A stretch of DNA of 64,000 bases from Candidatus Babeliales bacterium (GTDB lineage: Bacteria; Babelota; Babeliae; Babelales; UASB340), in assembly GCA_041650475.1 (NCBI GenBank), contig JBAZLD010000004.1, forward strand, positions 36,044 to 100,043. The letters run 5' to 3'. Of this stretch, positions 57,352-64,000 are shown one piece after another (within the stretch, counting starts at the first letter, position 1; each line of letters opens with the position of its first letter). Under the pieces are notes generated by a model, which did not search any database, was not told where the DNA came from, and worked only from the letters and a program-made list of their open reading frames with translations. The translations under genes and the position numbers were made by a program.

Positions 57352-58199
57352 TTATTTTTTCTTTTTCAACTGTTTAGCTAAATTAGCACCCAATTTTATA
57401 ACTGAATGAGCACTTAAAAGTAATGAAGCTAAGCCTCGTGATAGTGTAAATAGCCCAGGAGTTCCTGGAAAAAGCCCTAAACCAGCTGCAACTGATAATT
57501 TTAGAAATTCAGGGTGTCTTTTAAACAAGTTTTTAAACAAGTTTAGTCTATGAGAAAAACCATTTTTTAAAGATTGTTTACCAATTTTAAAAATTTTTTT
57601 AATGTCAGACTCTTTTGTGTTTGAACTATTCAATTTATAAAATCTTGAAAATCCAGGAAATTGAACAGTAGAAGTAGTTGCCTGTGGTATAGCAGTTGTC
57701 GAAGTCACAGTTGAATTTTGTGTTGTCACGGCTGTAGGTTGTGCTGTTACCGGGGTAACAGGAGCAATAATAGGAGAACTTTCTTCTTGATCCTCTTGAA
57801 ACTCAGGTAAATCTATTTCTAATAAATCAGGATGATTAACTGATAATTCAGAGTTAGCAATAGGTGATTCAGGATTTAAATTTGGTGTATGCGCAGGAGT
57901 TGGAGTTCTTGAAACTACACCGCTGTGATCTTCTAATCCTGCAGCATTGCCGGTATCCGGATTATCAACCGGAGAATTTTCTTGAACTTCAGGATTAATT
58001 GTTGCTTCAGGGTTCAGTGTTGGGGTAAGAGGTGTAGGTACAGCGTCTGAAGAAAGAGTTGATGGTATGGGACAGAAATATCTTAAAAAATATGGTGTTT
58101 TAGTAGACCTAGTTCCATCTTCTTGCATAGCTTGTACATCACAAGAGAATGCAAAAAACCTAAAACTGTAGCAAAAAGTATTTTGTTTAACTTTTTCAT
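57352..58199 (-). pseudogene. Secreted Pro/Thr-rich protein with hydrophobic C-terminal tail; frameshifted at a T6 (A6 on +) tract
   Basis: GGAGG plus the ATG at 58199 open MKKLNKILFATVLGF. After the run at 58153-58158 the main ORF frame reads FFAFSCDVQA-MQEDGT... One extra T would fuse them into a canonical signal peptide plus the 258-aa ORF. Confidence 0.6.
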
Positions 58200-58327
58200 A
58201 AAATAACCTCCGTTAAAAAAAATATTAAAATATAAAATTAAACGCTATTTATAATTAAAAATTAAATATTTTCAATTATAAATTAATATGACAAAATAAA
58301 TCATACTTGTAAAATGCTGCCTACTTT

Positions 58328-58963
58328 TTACTTTTTTAGCATTTTTTCCAAATTTTCAGACAAAATGTTTTTATCCATTTCCCCAGGTTTAGCTAAAACA
58401 TGAAGGCTATGGGCCTTAAAAGTTAGCTGAAAACCCACAAATTTGATGCAATTAGGGTAACAAAATAGAAAAATTGGCAAATCTATTGAACCATTTACTG
58501 GTACAACTTGTCGCTCAACTAAAATGATATTCATTAAAAAATTCAATAATTTTGGATTTTTTAATGCATCTAAAGATAAAAAAACCGCTTTTTCATTATA
58601 TTTATCTGCTAATTCCTGAAACATATTTTTAGGGTTTTTTGTAGAATCATAAATTTTAATAATCATAGGTTTTGATGGAAATTTTGAGGTAATTGTTAAA
58701 AATTGAAGAAAATCATTAATTATGTAAACGTGACTTTTGTCTCCAGTTTCTCTTATTTCTTTTACTATTTTTTTATTATTTTTATTTTTCGCTATTTTAA
58801 TAGACTTTTTGTTTTTTGGCAGTAAATTTTCAGATACTTTAAATAATTTCTCGGGCGGACCTTGATGTGAATTTAAAGGTCTAAATAAGATAAAAAAGAA
58901 TAGGCTTAGATAGAATATTTTTAAAAAATTAATAATTTTTCTTTGAATAAAATTTTTAAACAT
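58328..58963 (-). CDS. Hypothetical membrane-anchored protein
   Basis: N-terminal TM (IFYLSLFFFILF). No family recognised. Confidence 0.4.
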   Translation of the reverse strand: MFKNFIQRKIINFLKIFYLSLFFFILFRPLNSHQGPPEKLFKVSENLLPKNKKSIKIAKNKNNKKIVKEIRETGDKSHVYIINDFLQFLTITSKFPSKPMIIKIYDSTKNPKNMFQELADKYNEKAVFLSLDALKNPKLLNFLMNIILVERQVVPVNGSIDLPIFLFCYPNCIKFVGFQLTFKAHSLHVLAKPGEMDKNILSENLEKMLKK

Positions 58964-59071
58964 ACTAGCTCCCCCTAAAATTAGTTTTATTTATTAATTA
59001 ATAATAAAATAAATACAGATAAATATTCAACATTAATATAAATTTAGATATAAGTTTAGAAGGTTCATTTT

Positions 59072-60094
59072 ATGTTTTTTAAAAAAATTATTTTGTTATT
59101 TCTTTTTATTTTTTTACAGAATTTCCAAATTTTGGCTATGCAAAAACATGATCAACCTCAAAACATTGAACAAAAAAATTGTTCACAAAATATTCAAGAT
59201 ATGCAAGATATGCAAGACGCAAATGTTTTAAGTTCTTTACTAACAAACTTAAAAATACAAATATTGCTAGCTTATTTTATTACTATAACTATAAATTTTA
59301 ATTACGAAGATTTTTACGAAGATTTTCTAAACGATATACTACCCGATGATATGGAGATTTTAAAAATAAAAAGTCGAGAAATAAATCAAAGATATTGTGA
59401 CTTTTTTTTAAAACAAAAAGAAAATTGTGCACAAAGAATAAATCGTTACAAAAATATTTTAAGAAAAACACCACTAAAGCAATCTGATAAATATATAATC
59501 AAAAATATTTTAAAAAATATTAATAAAAATAAAAACTTTTATAAAGGTATAGCAAAAATATATTTTAATAAAAGACTATCTCTAATCTGCACTTCATACA
59601 CATTCAAATTATTTAATGCTTTAAATAGAATTATTTTTTTTCAAAAAACTATACAGGAAAATCCTGAAATCAAAACAAACGAAATAACCAAAAAAGAGAT
59701 TTTTAAAGAAGCTTTAGTTATAACAATAATATTAAACTCTTTAGGTAATACAAATTCTATTGATGACACAGAAATAAACAGAATGAACAAATTAATTTTA
59801 AATGCAAAACAATTTGAATTGCCTAGCAATATCATTAACGATATAAAATATATTGTAGAAGAAAATTATAAATTAATATCAAACTCTTTAGATATTGTAA
59901 AAAACTTAAATAATCGTGGTTTCTTAGGTCGTTGCATAAGCATTAGGACTGAAATATCTATTTTTATGATTGAAAATTACTTTCAAAACATAAACATAGA
60001 AAATTTATTAAAAATACAAAATTGGTTTTTTATAAATGCAAGAAATTTTGATCAAGATGATATAATAAAAAAAATTCAAGATCAAATCTTATAA
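59072..60094 (+). CDS. Hypothetical secreted protein
   Basis: Signal-like N-terminus. Short in-frame 9-bp repeat caagatatg (QDMQDMQD) near 59193-59218. No family recognised. Confidence 0.4.
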   Translation: MFFKKIILLFLFIFLQNFQILAMQKHDQPQNIEQKNCSQNIQDMQDMQDANVLSSLLTNLKIQILLAYFITITINFNYEDFYEDFLNDILPDDMEILKIKSREINQRYCDFFLKQKENCAQRINRYKNILRKTPLKQSDKYIIKNILKNINKNKNFYKGIAKIYFNKRLSLICTSYTFKLFNALNRIIFFQKTIQENPEIKTNEITKKEIFKEALVITIILNSLGNTNSIDDTEINRMNKLILNAKQFELPSNIINDIKYIVEENYKLISNSLDIVKNLNNRGFLGRCISIRTEISIFMIENYFQNINIENLLKIQNWFFINARNFDQDDIIKKIQDQIL

Positions 60095-60892
60095 TGCAAC
60101 AAGAACAATGCCTAGCTCTTTAGCCTTTTCAACAAAAATTTCTTGATCAGCAATAAAAGCCTGATCAGCATGCCAGGCTATAACCTTTACTTGTCCAGGT
60201 TTTATGTTTTCTAAAGTTTTTGGACCTAATGTAGGTAAATCATATTTTTTATTTTGATTTTTGTGAGCAGTCTTACAAATTATAAGATCGTTTTTTCCTA
60301 GTTCAATGCCTCGCTGAATACATTTATCCGTCCCCTCTATTGCCTCAACAGCAATAATCATTTTGTCTTTAACTAAGATGGTCTGGCCAATATCGCAAAA
60401 AGATATATTCGATGCAACTTGCATTCCAAAATCTATATTTTCTTGCAACTCTTTTGTAATTTTACCAATCAAAATACCCGGTTTTACAAAAAGTGATTGC
60501 ATAATATCACTTTGTTTAAGAACTTCTATATTTTCTTTTTTTAAATAATTAATTAAACCCTCCATTATAGTTTTATCACTTCTACTTGCTAGTGAGGCAA
60601 GAAGTTTTAAACAAAGCCAATCAAATTTTAAATTTTTTAACAAATTGCTTTTATCAACTTTGCCAATAAATAATACATGTGTTGCTTTATTAGATTTTAA
60701 TAAATCTTGAATTTTGCCAAGCTTAAAAAATTCTTGAGCATAAATTTTTGTATAATTTTGAACCACTTCTTTGATCTGTTCAAAATTATCTTGTGGAAAT
60801 AAGCTTATTACAAAAAAATTTTTATTTTTTTCAATTAAGCTCTTACAAGCTTGCTTGGGTAAGCTGCCAGTGCCCGCTATAACAGCAATCAT
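60089..60892 (-). CDS. lpxI: UDP-2,3-diacylglucosamine pyrophosphatase LpxI (DUF1009) family
   Basis: MIAVIAGTGSLPKQA N-terminus, FIGKVDK, C-terminal KYDLPTLGPKTLENI. Lies in a cluster with lpxA. Confidence 0.7.
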   Translation of the reverse strand: MIAVIAGTGSLPKQACKSLIEKNKNFFVISLFPQDNFEQIKEVVQNYTKIYAQEFFKLGKIQDLLKSNKATHVLFIGKVDKSNLLKNLKFDWLCLKLLASLASRSDKTIMEGLINYLKKENIEVLKQSDIMQSLFVKPGILIGKITKELQENIDFGMQVASNISFCDIGQTILVKDKMIIAVEAIEGTDKCIQRGIELGKNDLIICKTAHKNQNKKYDLPTLGPKTLENIKPGQVKVIAWHADQAFIADQEIFVEKAKELGIVLVAL

Positions 60893-61838
60893 TTAATTGC
60901 GTCTCCAAAATTTCTTCTATCTTTAATGTTAAACTTAATGCAGATAAATCTTGTTGTGCATCAGATAATTGTTTTCCTGTTTTAATAGAATTTACAAAAT
61001 TTTCAATTTCAAGTTTTAATGGATTATCTTTATAAACAAATAATCTTTCTATGGTACTTTCTTGTTTATATTTTAATTGATCTGATCCTATTTTTACACT
61101 ATCGCTCGCAGATTTATGTATAGAAATATCTTGAGTTGTAAAATCTAATTTAATAAAAGAATTTTTTTGATGAATACACATGGTTCTTTGTTTGGTTTGA
61201 GATACACGACTTGAAACAATTTTAGCCAAAACACCATTTTGAAAAGTTATTATAACAGCAGCAATATCACTCAAATTTGTATTTATTCTGTTACCAATAA
61301 CGCTAAAACTTTTTACTTGAGAATTAACCAAATTTAATAAAATATCTATATCATGAATCATAAGATCCATAATTACACTATCATTTTGAACTCTTTGAAT
61401 AAAAGGGCCCATCCTGTGGCACTCAATTAAATATGGATCCTGAATTATTTTTTTTAATTCTTGAACAGCACCATTAAATCGTTCAACATGACCTATATGC
61501 AAAGCCAAGTTGTTTTTTTGTGCAATCTCAAAAAGTTCTTTAGCTTGTAATAAATTTTTAGTGATAGGTTTTTCAACCAAAACGTGCTTTTTATTTTCAA
61601 GACAATCTTTTGCAATTTTATAATGTAAATCAGTCGGAACTGCTATAATAAATGCATCAACTGAATTAAACAAATCCTTATAATTTTCTGTTTTAATTAT
61701 ATTTTCTATTTTTATTTTTTCCCAATTTTCTTTTTTTGTATCGGCAACACCAACAAGCTGAATATTAGGAATAAGTCTACAATTTGAAGCGTGATAACCC
61801 CCCATATGTCCTAGCCCAATTACACCAATTTTTAACAT
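60843..61838 (-). CDS. Gfo/Idh/MocA-family NAD-dependent oxidoreductase
   Basis: Rossmann N-terminus MLKIGVIGLGHMGGYH, HVLVEKP motif. Its 3' end overlaps the lpxI start by 50 nt. Confidence 0.8.
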   Translation of the reverse strand: MLKIGVIGLGHMGGYHASNCRLIPNIQLVGVADTKKENWEKIKIENIIKTENYKDLFNSVDAFIIAVPTDLHYKIAKDCLENKKHVLVEKPITKNLLQAKELFEIAQKNNLALHIGHVERFNGAVQELKKIIQDPYLIECHRMGPFIQRVQNDSVIMDLMIHDIDILLNLVNSQVKSFSVIGNRINTNLSDIAAVIITFQNGVLAKIVSSRVSQTKQRTMCIHQKNSFIKLDFTTQDISIHKSASDSVKIGSDQLKYKQESTIERLFVYKDNPLKLEIENFVNSIKTGKQLSDAQQDLSALSLTLKIEEILETQLNDCCYSGHWQLTQASL

Positions 61839-61857
61839 TTTTTCCCTTTAATTTTAT

Positions 61858-62667
61858 TTAAATTTCAGATTTTTTACTGACTCCCCTAGAGCTATTTTCA
61901 ATAAAATCTATAAATATTTTTACATAAGGATCTGTTGTCCAATATTGCTCAGATTCATTTTGCATAATCTCTTTAATTTGTTTTATTAAAAATTTATCTT
62001 GATAAAACAATTTTGCTACATGTTTTATGGCATTAATATTTTGTGAACTTAATCCAGCACGCTTCAATGCAACAATATTTAAACCAGTATATTGAGCAGG
62101 CAATCCTGCAAACATACAAAAAGGAGGAAGATCTTGTCTTATTGCACTATATGGTGTAAGAGCAACAAATTGACCTATTCTACAAAATTGGTGAGCTGCA
62201 CAATTTGCCATCAAAAAGGCATTCTTTTCTACGTGCACATGACCACCCAAATTAACACTATTTATCAAAACAACATTATCTTCAAGGATAACATCATGAG
62301 CAATATGAGAATAACTCATTATATAACAATTATTTCCAATTTTGGTTGAACCATCAACATATTTTGATGCACCGATTGTTACAAATTCTCTAATTTGACA
62401 ATTGTTTCCAATCTCTATCTGCCCCAAACTTTCTTTTGTATCTAAATTTTGAGCAGGAGAACCTATGGAAACTCCTGAATAAATTTTAGTTCCAGATTTT
62501 ATTGTTATTTTACCTTGCAAAACACAAAAAGGCCCAATTTTTACATTATCTTCCAAAAACACATTTGGGCCTACTATAGAAGTTGGATGAACATAAGTTC
62601 CGCATAACTTAAAAAACGATTCTTCAAAAATTGAAGAATCGTTTTTTTTATTTTCGATAATATTCAC
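61858..62667 (-). CDS. lpxA: Acyl-ACP--UDP-N-acetylglucosamine O-acyltransferase
   Basis: Left-handed beta-helix hexapeptide repeats, [32 protein letters not shown]-terminal helical domain. Confidence 0.9.
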   Translation of the reverse strand: MNIIENKKNDSSIFEESFFKLCGTYVHPTSIVGPNVFLEDNVKIGPFCVLQGKITIKSGTKIYSGVSIGSPAQNLDTKESLGQIEIGNNCQIREFVTIGASKYVDGSTKIGNNCYIMSYSHIAHDVILEDNVVLINSVNLGGHVHVEKNAFLMANCAAHQFCRIGQFVALTPYSAIRQDLPPFCMFAGLPAQYTGLNIVALKRAGLSSQNINAIKHVAKLFYQDKFLIKQIKEIMQNESEQYWTTDPYVKIFIDFIENSSRGVSKKSEI

Positions 62668-62691
62668 GAAATTTATCCTGTTGAAATAATA

Positions 62692-62766
<75 letters not shown>

Positions 62767-62866
62767 ATTACCATTAAATAACTTGTATATTACAATATTT
62801 TTTTTAAAAGCTCAAATAGATTTTTATTAAAATCAGACAGATTTATTAAAATAAATTTTATTAAAA

Positions 62867-63130
62867 TTAATCCGTACTTACAGCTTTTTTATATTCTTCT
62901 ATTATTCGTTCTTCGATCATTTTTCTGGTTTCAGAATTTAAAGGATGCACTATGTCTTTAAAAGATCCATCTTTTTTTCTTCTTGAAGGCATAGAAACGA
63001 ATAAACCTTTATTATCGCTTTTTATAATTTTCATATCTCTGACAATAAAACAATTGTCAAAAACCATAGTTGCGTAACCTTTTAATTTTCCTTCATTTGC
63101 CAGATATACTTTTACTTCTGTGATTTCCAT
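62867..63130 (-). CDS. spoVG: SpoVG-family protein
   Basis: MEITEVKVYLANEGKLKGYATMVFDNCFIVRDMKIIK...FVSMPSRR. AAGGAAG lies upstream of the ATG at 63130. The ORF-track start at 63205 adds 25 atypical residues. Confidence 0.88.
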   Translation of the reverse strand: MEITEVKVYLANEGKLKGYATMVFDNCFIVRDMKIIKSDNKGLFVSMPSRRKKDGSFKDIVHPLNSETRKMIEERIIEEYKKAVSTD

Positions 63131-63223
63131 GTATACTTCCTTAAGCTTAGTTTCAAAATAACCATCAGATGCCATTAATTTAATTTGTATATGCAGATTT
63201 GTCAATAATTTTACAATAAAAAT

Positions 63224-64000
63224 TTATTTTTTTTCAGCTACTCTTAATTTTGCAGACCTAGAGGATGGATTTTGTTCTATTTCTGTCTTGCTTGCCGATA
63301 TCGGTTTTTTTGTAATTATTTTTAGTTTTTCTTCATTTTGCCTAAAAAAATTTTTAACAATTCGATCTTCGAGTGAATGAAAACTTATACAAACAATTCT
63401 GCCGTTTTTGTTCAAAAAATTTATAGATTTTGATAAAAAAATTTCTATATTTTCAAGTTCTTTGTTAACAAAAATTCTTAACGCCTGAAATACTTTTGTT
63501 GCTGGATGTATTCTAAATTTTCTAAAACCCGGAGTAATATTTTCTATTAATTCTGCCAACTGCCTGCTAGTAATAAATTTTCTTCTTTTTCTGTATTCTA
63601 AAATCGCACGTGCAATTTTTTTTGCCCTCCTTTCTTCTCCATAATTAAAAAAAATATCGCTTAATTCACGTTCTGTAAATCCATTAATAACATCGCTAGC
63701 TTTAATATGTTGGTGTGCTTGAGACATTCTCATATCAAGAGGAGAATCAATATTAAAAGAGAATCCTTCTTTTTTTTGAATTTGATATTGAGAAGTTCCA
63801 AAATCAGCTAAAATTCCATCTACAAATTCAATTTTCTCTTTTTTTAATAATCTATCTATTAATGCAAAATTTCCCCATAAAATTTTTACCCTATCACCAT
63901 ATTTTTCTTTTAATTTTGGGGCATTAATATCTATCGCGGCCTTATCCCAATCTAAAGCAATAACTTTGCATGTTGAATTTTGTTCCAAGATGGCACCAGT
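63224..64000 (-). CDS. rsmH: 16S rRNA m4C1402 methyltransferase RsmH (N-terminus lies beyond the window)
   Basis: ADFGTSQYQI, ISFHSLEDRIVKNFF, SSRSAKLRVAEK. The frame stays open to position 64000 (TGAILEQN...), so the gene is partial. Confidence 0.9.
   Translation of the reverse strand, partial: TGAILEQNSTCKVIALDWDKAAIDINAPKLKEKYGDRVKILWGNFALIDRLLKKEKIEFVDGILADFGTSQYQIQKKEGFSFNIDSPLDMRMSQAHQHIKASDVINGFTERELSDIFFNYGEERRAKKIARAILEYRKRRKFITSRQLAELIENITPGFRKFRIHPATKVFQALRIFVNKELENIEIFLSKSINFLNKNGRIVCISFHSLEDRIVKNFFRQNEEKLKIITKKPISASKTEIEQNPSSRSAKLRVAEKK

Overview
Very AT-rich bacterial chromosome segment (about one-quarter GC by eye), densely coded on both strands. No rRNA, CRISPR array, IS element or prophage was recognised. 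The housekeeping backbone is: lolC/E-like, rpiB, ileS, an M3 peptidase, dnaK, carD-miaA-ppiD-recA-infC-rpmI-rplT-zapA-rny-ymdB, an LptF/G-like permease plus a large OMP, gmk, archaeal-type proS, xerC/D, ogg2-type glycosylase, dnaN-recF (no dnaA), ruvC-dnaB-rplI, lnt-like plus three pseudopilin-like genes, lpxA-oxidoreductase-lpxI, tRNA-Gln(UUG), spoVG and rsmH (runs off the window). Between these lie many ORFans with Sec-type signal peptides and several eukaryote-like proteins: two ankyrin proteins, two tandem cysteine-containing LRR paralogs, and a Josephin-like cysteine protease. Together with the diderm envelope genes this suggests an obligate intracellular or protist-associated bacterium. 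Dependentiae/TM6-like is my guess, by inference only. The ORF track uses GTG/TTG starts, so several starts were moved to ATGs that have a GGAG-type Shine-Dalgarno. Points most worth a second look: (1) the membrane-anchored Josephin-like putative deubiquitinase; (2) short GC-rich sequence blocks shared between in-frame islands in ileS and the GGDEF gene and an intergenic hairpin; (3) a 1-kb gene-free tract with a G-run/G-quadruplex island and tandem repeats; (4) an untracked 57-aa CxC-rich ORF; (5) a secreted-protein gene split from its signal peptide at an A6/T6 tract; (6) duplicated hairpin plus SD plus small-ORF modules downstream of recF.
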